A stretch of DNA of 64,000 nucleotides, taken from positions 53,382,001 to 53,446,000 of the forward strand of contig OX597829.1 in the NCBI GenBank assembly GCA_951406725.2, in the 5' to 3' direction. Positions 22,679 through 35,110 of this stretch are shown here, piece after piece; the first letter of the stretch is position 1; each line of letters opens with the position of its first letter. This DNA is from Octopus vulgaris (Eukaryota). The notes beneath the pieces are model-generated. The model saw only the letters and a program-made list of their open reading frames with translations, was not told where the DNA came from and did no database searches. Position numbers and translations under genes: made by a program.

Positions 22679-23456
22679 CCTGTTTCCTAACCACATGGTT
22701 CCAAGTTCAGTCTCACTGTCTGGCACCTTGGGTAAGTGTCTTCTACTATAGCCTCTTCTACCAAAGTTTTGTGAGTAGATTTGGTAGGCGAAAACTGAAA
22801 GAAGCCCGTCGTATATGTGTGTGTGATTATCTGTGTTTAAATCCCCATAACTTAGTAGTTCAGCAAAAGAGACTGATAGAGTTACCAGGCATATAGTACT
22901 GGGGTCGATACATTCAACTAAAATTTCAAGGCAGTGCTCCAGCATGGCTGCAGTCAAATGACTGAAACAAATAATATATATATATACTTTGTTCTCATCT
23001 TATACATACACTGCAACGTCAGCTTCAAAGCAGTGATGCCAGTGCTCCCTGCTTTTTACGTGCCACCGGCAATGGAAGCCAGTCAGGGAGCACTGGCATC
23101 ACTGCTTTGAAGCTGACGTTGCAGTGTATGTATAAGATGAGAACAAAGTATATATATATATTATTTGTTTAAGTCATTTGACTGCAGCCATGCTGGAGCA
23201 CTGCCTTGAAATTTTAGTTGAATGTATCGACCCCAGTACTATATGCCTGGTAACTCTATCAGTCTCTTTTGCTGAACTACTAAGTTATGGGGATTTAAAC
23301 ACAGATAATCACACACACATATACGACGGGCTTCTTTCAGTTTTCGCCTACCAAATCTACTCACAAAACTTTGGTAGAAGAGGCTATAGTAGAAGACACT
23401 TACCCAAGGTGCCAGACAGTGAGACTGAACTTGGAACCATGTGGTTAGGAAACAGG
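22679..23456. repeat. 373-bp near-perfect inverted repeat with 32-bp spacer
   Basis: 22679-23051 pairs with 23084-23456. One mismatch seen by eye. The ORF track gives the same peptide on both strands. Confidence 0.95.
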
Positions 23457-23729
23457 CTTCTTAACACGCAGCAACGACTGCGCCTATATATGTATATATT
23501 TATTAGAAGCTTAACATTCTTATGCCATAATTATTTAGTTTCATGTTTCTAAATGTCCAAATGAAAATATAAAACTGATTTAAAAAAAAAGAAAAAACAA
23601 AATGTTGCTGTCCTGCTTTGCGCATGCTGCTGAAGATAAGGAAATAGCAGGTGAGAGCAAGAGAACTTGCCTTTTAGCAGTCAGAATAAGTCAGACTTAG
23701 AGGGGTTTCCTCGACAGTTTCTAATTATA

Positions 23730-24110
23730 GGGAACCTATGGAAGAAGTAGACCCAGGAAGACCTGGGATGAGGTGGCGAAGCACGACCTTCGAACATTGG
23801 GCCTTACTGAGACAATGACTAGTGACCGAGTCCTTTGGAGATATGCTTTGCTTGAGAAGACCTGACAAGCTAAGTGAGACCATAGCCCGTGGCCTATGCC
23901 AGTGGGTGTAACCATCCCACTTATGAATACCCCTCATTCATTGGACAATAAAATTTGCTTGCAAAGACCTATTGAGGCAAGTGAAATCAAATCAAAATCG
24001 CTGACGTGGCCGATGACAGTTACACCTGATTGGCACTCATGCCAGTGGAACGTTTAAGGCATATCCGAGCGTGATCGTTGCAAGGGCCAGGGATTGGCTC
24101 CCGTGCACTA
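23730..24110 (+). mobile_element. RTE LINE 3' fragment
   Basis: gaagaagtagacccaggaagacctgggatgaggtgg (G/SRPRKTWDEV) and downstream 3' UTR similar to the 19400-19640 minus-strand copy. Confidence 0.75.
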
Positions 24111-25073
24111 ACACTGGCCACTTCCTAGCACCCTCACCACATACCATCTTTCGCACACCCACACACCATCATCCATACACCCACTCATTACAGACGCATG
24201 CACACATCCACACATCAAAATCACTAGACCCTACCCACACACACTCACACTTACACATTATGACATACACACGCGTACCTTCGTTTTGGGACTGCCAATA
24301 CTTTTTTATCTCCCCTTCTACCTCTCCTGTCAAACCTTTCTTTTTTTCCCCCAAAACAGTCGCCATGCTCGATCGTTAAATCTACAAGTTTTTTTCTTTT
24401 TAATTCTCTCCCTGTTTATTTTCTCTTATTCCTTTCCGTTGAAAAGCAAAGGCTCGAAACGTAAAATACTTTCTCACTTTCCCAAGCGTCAAACTAATAC
24501 ACCTGTTTGTAGTTTATAGACCTATCTTCATCTTTTGTTTTTCTGTAAATTTCAACTGTATGTATATATGTTTGTGTGTATGTACGTATGTGTTTTTATA
24601 CAGTGCGCGCGTGCGTGTGAGTGTAAAAGTGGATGATATGTATGGAGAAACGATACATGTGCATTCTCAATTGAGCATGTGTGTGTGTGTACGTGAACTA
24701 ACCTGCATTCAGTGACACTGACGATATTTAACGGGATGACAATTCAATAAAACGATTAACCATACAGACGCCATGCCGTGCTCCCCGTAACTCGACAGCG
24801 TTGGCCACACCCTACTCTATTCAGTGACACTGGCAGAACTTAAATTTCCTTTCCAACTATTTTATTTATTTATTTTTCACGCGGCTGTTCTCCACAAATA
24901 CCAAATATATAATTAATTTAGCCTAATTTAACTCCAAATCCAGTAAATTTACAAATGAATCTCTGAAGATTTGATAATGCAGTTTGAATATATCATGTAC
25001 ATTATATAATAAACAATCATGCGCGTAAGATGTTCTAACTAAATATTTCATAATCAATATCTCCTGCTTTAAA

Positions 25074-25392
25074 AGCGGTGAGCTGGCAGAACCGTTAGCA
25101 CGCCGGGCGAAATGCGTAGCCGTATTTCGTCTGCCGTTACGTTCTGTGTTCAAATTCCGCCAAGGTCAACTTTGCCTTTCATCCTTTCAGCGTTGATAAA
25201 TTAAGTACCAGTAACGCACTGGGGTCGATATAATCGACTTAATCTGTTTGTCTGTCCTTGTTTGCCCCCTCTGTGTTTAGCCCCTTGTGGGTAGTAAAGA
25301 AATAGGTATTTCGTCTGCCGTTACGTTCTAGGTTCAAATTCCGTCGAGGTCGACTTTGCCTTTCATCCTTTCAGTGTCGATAAATTAAGTAC
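25074..25392 (+). mobile_element. tRNA-type SINE, family 1, CpG-intact, with partial internal re-duplication
   Basis: Full unit to ~25305, then the gtatttcgtctgccgttacg...gataaattaagtac segment is repeated. Confidence 0.85.
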
Positions 25393-25659
25393 AAGGTTGC
25401 TTATGAAACCCACCAAATCATAACGAAAACAAAGAAACACACCACCACTATAATTGAGGTCTGCTCTTCACAGATGAGACTGATATCATCTTAAAATGGC
25501 TGAGTATTGCAGAATCCTTTACAATCACTAACTCAAACATGACAGCAACATCTTAGACAATTCCAACAACAATAACAGGGAACTTGGGGGGTACTCTAAT
25601 TCACCAGGAGCGCCTGCTCAAAATAGGAAATTCTGAGGAGTGGATAACACCCCATCACA

Positions 25660-27830
25660 TGTCTTAAAATATGGAGGGCCAAAGCTTATAAAGGCCTTTA
25701 GAATTACCCGTTTGAAGATATAGGAGATGAAGCAGTAGCCAAAGGAGTGTACCCAATTACAAATGATACCCATTCCCAAGAAAGGCAACTTAAGATTCTT
25801 CCAGAATTATACAACAATCAGCCTAATTAGCTTCGCCGGAAAGTATTGCTATGAGTTGCTAAAGAGACTTAAGAGAAAGGCAGAAAAAATTTTTTAGAGA
25901 AGATAAAGCAAGATTTAGGCCCAAAACGAGAACTGTGGAGCAGTGCATCACCATGCACTTTGGTAGGAAAAACCCAGCCTTCACATACTCCCTCAACAGT
26001 ACCAATCTCAAGAAGTCTTCTGCTGAACGGGATCTGAGTATTATTGTAAACAGTGATATGCGTTGGACAAACTACATTGTCAAGAGGGCTGGGTGAGGGC
26101 TATCCAAGTATCACTCAGTAAGACTTTGGTCAGCTGCTCTCCAGCTATTTAGTTAAATCTATATATGACAATGGTACGTCCACAGTTGGAATTTGCATCA
26201 CCAGTCAGGGCCCCTGCTATATTGCTCATCATATAAATCTCCTGGAAACCATTCTGAAACGTGCAACAAAACGAATACCCGCCGTCAGACATCTACCATA
26301 CTCCGAACGCCTTGCTTCCCTGGGCATGGATACATTGAAGCTCATACGTCTGGCAACTGACTTCGTAAATACCCACAAGATTATCGACCATCTTTCCAAC
26401 AACAACGATGGGCACCTTTTTGAATTTCTTATGATGAACACTCGTAGACATGCTTATAAAATCAAATAACAACACAGCACTCATGACTTTAGGAAACATT
26501 TTTTTCATGCTCAGAATTGCTGAAGCATGGAATTAACCACTCGCATCAGTTGTTAGCTGTCAAGACACTACATGCTTCAAAACTTCCATGCTTTCTGAAA
26601 TCCGCCAACAGTAGTACACCTGATGGGCTTTTTAAAATTTAATTTAATTAATTCTTTTTAGTTGTAGTGCACCCGAACACTGTATACAACAATTTCTTTC
26701 ATATATATTTAACATTAGACTGCTCACCGAAAAACAATTTGGACACTAATCTGACTTGTATTACAATTTTATTGACTTCAAAAAGGCCTTTGACCGTGTT
26801 TGGCACGATGGGTTGTGACAAGTGAAGAATTAGTACTTCGACAACCTTATCGAAGTAATCCAAGCACTGTATGAAAACCCAAGCAGTGCAGTTCTGAACA
26901 ACGATTTTGGAGAATTCTTCAGTACAACAGTGGTTGTTCGACAAGAATCTCCTCTTCCCAGTGCTTCCTGAAGAACACCATGCAGGAGACACTTGAAAAC
27001 CTCCATCCCTCTGTTTCCATACGAGGACGGTCCATTTCCAACCTACGTTTTTCTGATGATATTGACCTGTTAGGAAGAAGTGAGGTAGAACTACAGGAGC
27101 TCACCACCAGACTGGAAAAAGTATCAGAAACATACAGTATGGAGACCAGCCCACAAAAGAGGAAGATCTTAGTTGATCTTAGGTGATAACAATCAAAGCA
27201 CAGCAACCAACATCATGCTAAACGGAGAGAGATTTAATGAAGTGGACACCTTCAAGTATTTAGGATCCACTTTGACTAAGGACGGCAGATCTCAAAAGGA
27301 GATAACAAAAAGATTCAGTTTACCCTCTGCTGCCATGACGAAGCTGAACACCAGATGGGAAAGCAATTCCATTATTTTTCCAATGAGATTTAGAGTCTGC
27401 GTGTTCTTGGCGTTTCTTCTGTGTGGGTGACAGCTGGACTTTTGCAGTTGACATGGAGTGAAGAATCCAAGCATTTGAACGCAAATGCTTCATAGGACTA
27501 TTACACATCTCATACATAGAGCACAAATCGAATAGACTTGTCAGGCAACAAATCGACAAATACAATGGCTGACAGGAACCACTCCTTGCGCAGGTAAAAA
27601 GGAGAAAGCTTGCCTGGTATGTATCCCATCACAACACCCTGCCCAAGACCATTCTTGAGGGCACAGTTGAGAGAGAGTGAAAGAGAGGCAGACAGGAAAA
27701 AAGCCTGGTTTGACAACATCAAGGGCCGGACAAGTCACAACACATGTCAGAGAACAGAGACCAGTGGTGAAGGCTGACTACGAAAGCGTCTAGAGTGGTA
27801 TCCCAGCGACTGGCAGCATCATTTACGAGA
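25660..27830 (+). mobile_element. Decayed RTE-like LINE interrupted by a nested LINE
   Basis: Fragments read IPIPKKGN.., IDFKKAFDRVWH, NLRFSDDIDL, FKYLGS, IQAFE.KC and ILEGTVE across frameshifts and stops. Confidence 0.8.
25942..26700 (+). mobile_element. CR1/L2-like LINE 3' fragment nested in the RTE-like copy
   Basis: C.TMHFGRKNP, ERDL.IIV, VRPQLEFASP, LPYSERLASLG and AEAWN motifs. Confidence 0.75.
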
Positions 27831-28100
27831 TCTTGATGATGATACAAAAGCTTGGTAAACACAAATTTACATTATTAGTTTGCTACATACGTTTTACCAC
27901 TGTGGTGTTTTCGAATCCCTGCATTGGATGTTTAAGTTCATTTAGAGGGTTAACCACAACCAATCACCATGCGAATACTGTATTTCACTATGCTACAGAG
28001 ATCAAATGTATAGTAGTAACCTAAGTCCTATACCAGATGATGACAATCTCTGTAGAGCTCTAAACTCAATAGTAACAGTCGTTCATTTAACTTTATCTGT

Positions 28101-28656
28101 ATACTAGCATAAAAGCTGAAACCTGTGCGGACTTTTAAGCCAGCTCCTGCAGAGGGCTAATTGGGCCCGCAGCCCAAAACTGAAGAATGCTAAATAGCAT
28201 GACTACAATGCATCTATAATGACTATATGCTCCAGTAGTGTTTGGTCAGAGGTTAAGGGTGGATGAGAATTAATTCTGCAATGCAAATCATTCTATTGTT
28301 CCAATCCTAAGTTGAATTTCAGTTGTGGGCCAATTTGTTTTATTTTGTGTTCTTATGTTGATGTAAAATTAACGAAGCGAATGTCATTTATATTCCTCTT
28401 GATCTCTGACCTCATCTGACAAACGCCAACCAAGATGGCGTGAATCAGCCAAGCTTACCTGTTAGAAATAGCAACCCAAATGCCTTTTAAATCAGATCCC
28501 AATGCTGGATGTTCAAGAACCAAATGAAGGCCAAATTTTCAATACCAGGATCATCCTGATTCCAAAAAGGTAAAATATATTTATGTAGAGCAAATGTAGG
28601 CTGAGATTCAGGCATCCCAGATGGATGGACAAAATTTTGCTTTTATCATTATAGAA
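28101..28656 (+). mobile_element. Non-autonomous element with Helentron/DINE-1-like ends
   Basis: Begins ATACTAGC-ATAAAAGC and ends GCTTTTAT-CATTATAGAAT (short sub-terminal inverted repeats). A second copy lies at 861-1283. The class is inferred from end structure only. Confidence 0.5.
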
Positions 28657-28732
28657 TATCTGTACATATATTTGTAAATGCAACAATATTTATATATACC
28701 AGTATGTTTCTGTATCTTTGTACATATGTGTT

Positions 28733-28788
<56 letters not shown>

Positions 28789-28959
28789 CCGGAGTAAACA
28801 CATAAATGTGAAACAAGGTTGAAAAAAGAGTACTCAAATACCAGAGGTAGAGTAATATGCTTTATTTAAAAGCAGCAGAAATTCAACAAAAATAAAGTAT
28901 ATATACACATATGTATATACATAGATATTTATGTTTATGCGTGTGTATTTGTATTATGC

Positions 28960-29844
28960 GTTAGTTAGTTAGTTAATTTGGCTCAAAAGCAAATAGCAAG
29001 GCCATGTAGGGGGACATGGAGTTAGGTACAGGGTGGTGTTCATGCAAAGAGTTCAGGCCACTTGAGGTCAAGGGAGGCTTTGAACAAAGCGGTCGTCGGC
29101 ATCTTCACCATCTCGTCTGGCAGCTTGTTCCACGGATCTGCAACCCGGACGGAGAAAGCTCCTCTCCTTCGATTGAGATGAAATCGTCGCAGGTTGAGCT
29201 TTCATAAGCGGAAAGTCCATGCTGCCAACAAAGCACGCGGAATTCTGTTCTTGATTCGACGGTCATTCGGAATGCTCAGGGCAGCCATATTCCTACCACT
29301 CTATGTCACGCTGGTGAGACCCATATTGGAGTATGGGATTCAAGCCTCTTCCCCTTATCTCCTCAAAGACATACAGCATCTCGAAAGAGTCCAGAAGCTG
29401 GCTACCCGCATGGTTCATGGTCTCAAAAATTTGTCCTACGAAGAAAGGCTGAGGACGCTCGACCTTTATGCTCTTGAAAAACGCCGCCGCCGTGGTGATC
29501 TCATCCTCGCCCACAACATCATAAGCGGAAAGTGTAACCTCTTGAAAGAGCTGTTCTTCACTCCTGCTCCAGAGCGTCGGCTGCGGGGTCATTCCGAAAA
29601 GCTCAACCTGCGACGATTTCATCTCAATCGAAGGAGAGGAGCTTTCTCCGTCCGGGTTGCGGATCCGTGGAACAAGCTTCCAGACGAGATGGTGAAGATG
29701 CCGACGACCGCTTTGTTCAAAGCCTCCCTTGACCTCAAGTGGCCTGAACTCTTTACATGAACACCACCCTGTACTTAACTCCATGTCCCCCTACATGGCC
29801 TTGCTATTTGCTTTTGAGCCAAATTAACTAACTAACTAACTAAC
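28960..29844. mobile_element. Two young CR1/L2-like LINE 3' ends joined head-to-head, (TAAC)n tails facing outward
   Basis: + strand ORF 29194-29760 (VRPILEYG, LERVQKLATRMV, RLRGH, DPWNKLP). 28960-29202 is the reverse complement of 29598-29840. Confidence 0.92.
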
Positions 29845-29884
29845 ATTTAACAATTAAGAAAAAAAAACCCCGAAAGGCTAAAAT

Positions 29885-29906
29885 TTAGGGTTAGGGTTAG
29901 GGTTAG
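29885..29906 (+). repeat. Short interstitial (TTAGGG)3 + TTAG
   Basis: Read directly from sequence. Confidence 0.8.
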
Positions 29907-30839
29907 TGACAGGATGTTGTCTCAGTTTTAGACGCAGCAAATGATTTTAGCTCAAAAGAGAGCATAGGATTGGTTAAAATTTGAAAAATTAAACTACGTT
30001 AAACTTACAAATTACAATTTTCTCAAGAAAGCCAAGAGAAAATAACGTTTTATTTTGACACATTCTACCAGTATACGAAGTTTAAAAGTGTTTAGTTAAC
30101 TAGAAATTGTGTTGAAAACTGCCGTTCAAAAGGAAAAGATCCAATACATTTAATTTGTGACAACTCTGCTTTTATTTTGTATCAGAGTCTACATTGTGCA
30201 AAGTGTCCTGTTTTTAACAATAGGGTGCAATATGAGGGACATTTGACTGTTATTGCTTGTGTATTTCAAATGACTGCCCAATTCCTTTGAAACGATAAGG
30301 CACACACATTCATTCACACAATTGTGTGTGTTAAACTTCTTTTTCGTGTACTGTTTCTCTCTCCCTGACCCTCTCTTTTCTGGCCAATGTTTACTCACTC
30401 TCCTTACGATTTCATTTAAGTCTCCACTCATTACTCCTTTCCATGCAGTGTTTTGCTTATTCATACTTTTTCTCTTCCTTTTCCCCAAGATTGTATGTTA
30501 AATTTCTCTTCTGAGACAATGTCTTCTATCGTCTCCATGAAGTCCGAGGTTTGCTTCGAAACTCAGGGGTTCACATCTCGAATAAATCGTTTTCTCTTCA
30601 CTTTTGGAAGTTTCTCTCTCCCCGGACTTTCGTTTAGTTTGTAACCTATACGCATGCTCAACTCTATCTCCGAATTTTATCAAACGGATCAGACTGATAC
30701 TCGTTTTGATAATAGATCTCCAACTTCCCCACTCGTCGCAAATCTTCCTTTCATCCATCCATCCATCCATCCATTCATCCAACATTAGTTTTATTATTAA
30801 TACTTTTGTAGACAGTTCAAACTATTCTGTGTGAGCGAT

Positions 30840-33330
30840 AGTAACAGCAGAGATAGACAGATGAAGTAACAGAAGTTGTCAGGGTGTGCGATAGGATAAT
30901 TAAGTTGAGACTAATTATAAGCAACACAACAGCAACATTTATTTCGGCATATGCCCCACAGGCAGGACAGAAGGTCTGCTTCTATGAGATTCTTCTGCAG
31001 ATTGTCTCAACGACGGCCGGCAGCGGCTTCATCACCATAGCTGGTAACTTCAGCAGGCATATTGATCAACACCTCGATGGCTTCCGTGATATACAAGGGG
31101 ACTAAGGTTACGGCTCGAGAAATGGGATAGGGTATAAGGTCTTTGGAGTTTTGTGCTGCAACTGATCAAATAATTTGTTATAGACACTTTAAGAAACTCG
31201 CCAATTTGACGAATGCACAAATCAGATAGATTACATACTCAGCTGGAAACAAGATTGAAGGGCTATTGTGAATACCAAAACCTTTCCTGGCGAAGAATGC
31301 ATTATTCAACATAGATTAATGGTTAGTGATTTCAGAGTCAGAGTTAGTCAGATATAGAAAAGTAAGTGGGTATGAAGAAGGAAGGCATGGACACTAAAAG
31401 AACCTTTAATCGGAGATTCAGAGAAATTCTGACACATACGACTGTATGGAGGAGAGTTTAGATGCCTGTAACGTAGACAACAGGTAATGTCTACGAAATA
31501 ACATGCTGAGAGCTACGGATATGATATGCAGTTGGAGTAAACTCTCAGCAATGCCAAAAGCACGAGTAACAAGGTGGTGGAATGATATGGGTCATAGGGC
31601 AGTTAAGGCTAAGAGAAAGGCTTGGAAAGTGGTAGTAGGGAGCCTTGCCTAATGACTAGAAGGGCATCTTGGTTAAAGGGGAAGCAGACAAGAAGATATT
31701 CTTATGTCCAGCAACTTGGAGATCAGAGGCATGAAGTGTCCAAGATTGCGAGTTTATGAGTGAGAGAGAATTGACATGGTAGTGAAAAGTGTTTTTAGAA
31801 TGATGAAAACAAACTCGCCATCGATATGGAATAAATGAAACTGGCCTGGAAGTGCTATTCTGATAAGGATTACCCCACGCTAACACAACAAAGGGGCCAG
31901 TGACTCAAGTTGACAGCAGTGTGGTTGGTACATAATCAATGATATGGAAAAGGGGAAAGTCACATTTCCATCAGGGGTAGTTAATGAGATGTTAAAAATA
32001 TTTGGATAGTTAATCAAGTCATTCAGGAGGATGTCATATCACTAGACTAGGTTATGAAGGTTACGGAGAAAGTTATAGATTTTTGATAGAGTAGACGTGG
32101 ATGAGATGCAGTTTAGCTTTGTTCCCTGAAGAGGCACAACAGATACAATCTTCCTAATGTGGCAACTGCAAAAGAAATACTCAACGAACAATACACCGCT
32201 ATTCTTGGCTTTCGTTGATTTGGAGAAAGCATTTGACAGAGCACCACGTTCAGTAAATAGGTGATTACTGAGCAAACTAGATGTAGATGCAAATTTGCGA
32301 AGGCGGTAAAAGCTATGTACAAGGATGTAGTAAGTAAAGTGAGATTCGGTAATGATTTCAGTAATGAATTAAGTATGAAGCTCAGCTCTCTCCTATTCAT
32401 TGAGGAGATTAAGAATAGCTGTTTAACTCCTATACGCTGGTTACCTAGTTCTCACAGCTGAATTTATAGGGAAAATAGAGAGGAAATTTTAGGCATGGAA
32501 ACTAAACCTAGAATTGAGACGCCTTAAGGTAAGTCTTTGCTAAGTTTACCTTAAGACCGCTCCTACTTACTTGAGTCGGACCCTGATGGCCTTGTTCGAC
32601 ATACAAAAGACTAGTTATAAACTCCACACGCTGTAACTGATGTAAACTATGGATATACAAGAGATGTAGCGGAACCATGGGCAAACTATTTGAGAACATA
32701 AGCTTCTTATACGATAGATGCAGTGGAGGAGTAAGTAGGAGCAGACCGGCACCGAAAATAGTTTCTCTCAAATGCTTGGATAGCTCACTAGCGTTTGTTA
32801 TTTGGGAGAAGTGATTAGCAAAGGATGTAGTTGCTGTGGAAGCATAGTAGCCAGAGTCAGAACAGGTTGGAAAAAGTTTAGAAAGTTACTACCGCTGCCG
32901 ACAACATAGATCTTTTCCCTCATAGTAAAAGGACGGATTGAATATTGCTTGTGTTAGAAGAACAATGCTGCATGGTAGTGAAAGAAAAGGACTTGAGCAG
33001 ATTGGAAAGAAATAAAGCGAGCAGTGCAACATAAGTCTGCCTGAAAAACATAGTACAAAGGTTCTGAGAGAAAAATTGGACATAGAAGTAATCAGATGTA
33101 GTGTGTATGAAAGAAGATTCTGCTGGTATTTACATGTGATGTGTTTGTATTAGGACAGTTGTATAAAAAAGTGGTGGTCATTAAAGTGGATGGAAGTAGC
33201 GAAAGAGGGTAACTGAGGAAGACACAAGCCAAGGTGGCGAAGACTGATCTCAGGACCTTGAAGCTCACAGAGAGAATGGCAAAGGACTAAGATGGCCGGT
33301 GATATGCGGTTCTCGAGAAGACCTGGCCAC
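30840..33330 (+). mobile_element. Old, heavily decayed RTE LINE (endonuclease and RT remnants)
   Basis: FISAYAPQAG, QIDYIL, QHRLMV.DF, LAFVDLEKAFDR and MLHGSE motifs with many stops. Colinear with the 18970-20872 family. Confidence 0.85.
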
Positions 33331-34203
33331 GTTAGCAAAATTGTGTTCCAGTATAGCTGTGCACGCGCATGCGGTGTTGAGCACTCATTGTTCGACATTT
33401 ACATATCAATGCTTTTCTGACGTCCCCAAACACCAGACAAGCATTTAACATGCACAGGGAATGGAAACATTGTGAATTCCTGAGATTGTTCATGTTTTTA
33501 TCCAAAATCGAGACTAATACCATGTGGACGGCTTGAAAAATCAAGATATTTTTCTTAACATGAAAGCAACACAAATAAAGAAATGTTATCCCCCAATCCG
33601 CTGTTGAGTACTCATTCTCACAGTTCGGCATTTATGTGTGTGTTTATACGCATGGATACATAATATATGGATGTGCGCATGCGCACAAATGGGCCTTCTG
33701 AAGACACGTCACCTACCTAACAGCAGTTATTCACAGATACCAGTTTCCTTACAAATTAGAACCACTTCGCTCGTTATCCATCTTTTCATTAATTAATCTG
33801 ACCCCTACCCATACTTTCATTTACCCCCCCCCCCCCCGCCCACCCTTACTATGCTGCTAAATTCTCTCTTCCTCCGTCACATATTGCACCTACCTCTTAC
33901 TCTTCCACTCTCGCAACCTTACCCACCAGTATGTCAGCTATCTTTCGCCCTCGTTTACGGAATTATTTCTATTCTGTTATTTCCACACTACCATCTAACT
34001 CCTACCCCTCTCACACTCATTCCTATCCACCTTGTACCTTGAAAGTCCACTCTGTTATTTCATCAAGCAACGATGGAAATGTTTGCATTCTTTTGTGGTG
34101 TATAAAATCATGTGACATATATATATAAACCTAACAAAACCCACACAACCTAGGATAAGTTTATTTTTGACTGTCAAATTTAAACGGAAAAAAAAAAAGC
34201 TGC

Positions 34204-34590
34204 AGCAGACGTAGATGTATGGTAAAAAGCTTGCTTCCTAACCACATGTTTCCGGGTTCAGTCCCATAGCATAGCACCTTGGGCAGGTGTCTTCCACTAT
34301 AACCGCACGCTGATCAAAGACTTGTGAGTGGATTTGATAAACGGAAACTGAAAGAAGTCCGTCGTATGTGTGTGTGTGTTTGTCCTCCCCTTCGGCGCTT
34401 GACAACCGATGCTGGTATGTTTATGTCCTCGTAACTTAGCAGTTCAGCAAAAGAGACCGATAGAATAAGTACTAGGCTTACAAAGAATAAGTCCTGGGGT
34501 CAATTTCTTTGACTAAAAAACCCTTTAAAGTCAGTGCTCCAGCACGGCCGCAGTCAAATGACTGAAACAAGTAAAAGAATAAAAGAAAAA
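34204..34590 (+). mobile_element. tRNA-type SINE, family 2
   Basis: Head ggttcagtccc...gcaccttgggcaggtgtctt, body ggaaactgaaagaagtccgtcg, tail gcagtcaaatgactgaaacaagtaaaaga. Same family as the arms of the 22679-23456 palindrome and 58316-58460. Confidence 0.8.
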
Positions 34591-34883
34591 CCTGCTGTGC
34601 GATCAGTAGGGAGAGACTGAAAGGATGACTGGCACAGTCGGGGCCTTCTCCGAGAAGAGTCCTGACCGAAAGCAAGCCAAGACAAAACAACATTCTATGT
34701 ACATTGCTGCCCATCTGCCACATCAAAAATGGAAATATATGTCCGCAGTCCTTCATGATGTGTATAAAATCACGAGCAGCAAATGTAATGAATGTCACAC
34801 CGGAAGTACTATCAGACAAGTTCACATACGAGTTAAAAAATGCTGTACTAAGGTTTCTTACGTCAAAAACGCTTACTGAAATG

Positions 34884-35110
34884 ATTTCTTTACTACCCAC
34901 AAGGGGCTAAAACATAGAGGGGACAAACAAGGACCGACAAAGGGTTTAAGTCCACTACATCGACTCCAGTGCATAACTGGTACTTATTTAATCGACCCCG
35001 AAAAGATGAAAGGCAAAGTTGACCTCGGCGGAATTTGAACTCACAACGTAGCGGCAGATGAAATACTGCTAAGCATTTCGCCCAGCTTACTACCGTTTCT
35101 GCCAGCTCGC
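34884..35110 (-). mobile_element. tRNA-type SINE, family 1, with TSD
   Basis: Reverse complement of 25074-25305. Direct repeat cgcttactgaaatg at 34870-34883 and 35108-35121. Confidence 0.85.

Noticed and set aside
22643-23552. Two ORFs with an identical ~93-aa peptide on opposite strands
   Set aside because: A consequence of the palindrome made of SINE sequence, not a gene pair.
23625-23650. CTGAAGA-taag-GAAA-tagcag hammerhead-like string
   Set aside because: No stem II or stem III. Compatible with chance in AT-rich DNA.
25074-25165. tRNA-like A/B-box sequence
   Set aside because: It is a SINE head with no cloverleaf, so it was not called as a tRNA gene.
30532-30570. ATGAAGT...gagg(tttg)cttc-GAAAC-TC, a possible decayed hammerhead
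   Set aside because: Too many core changes to support without a family consensus.
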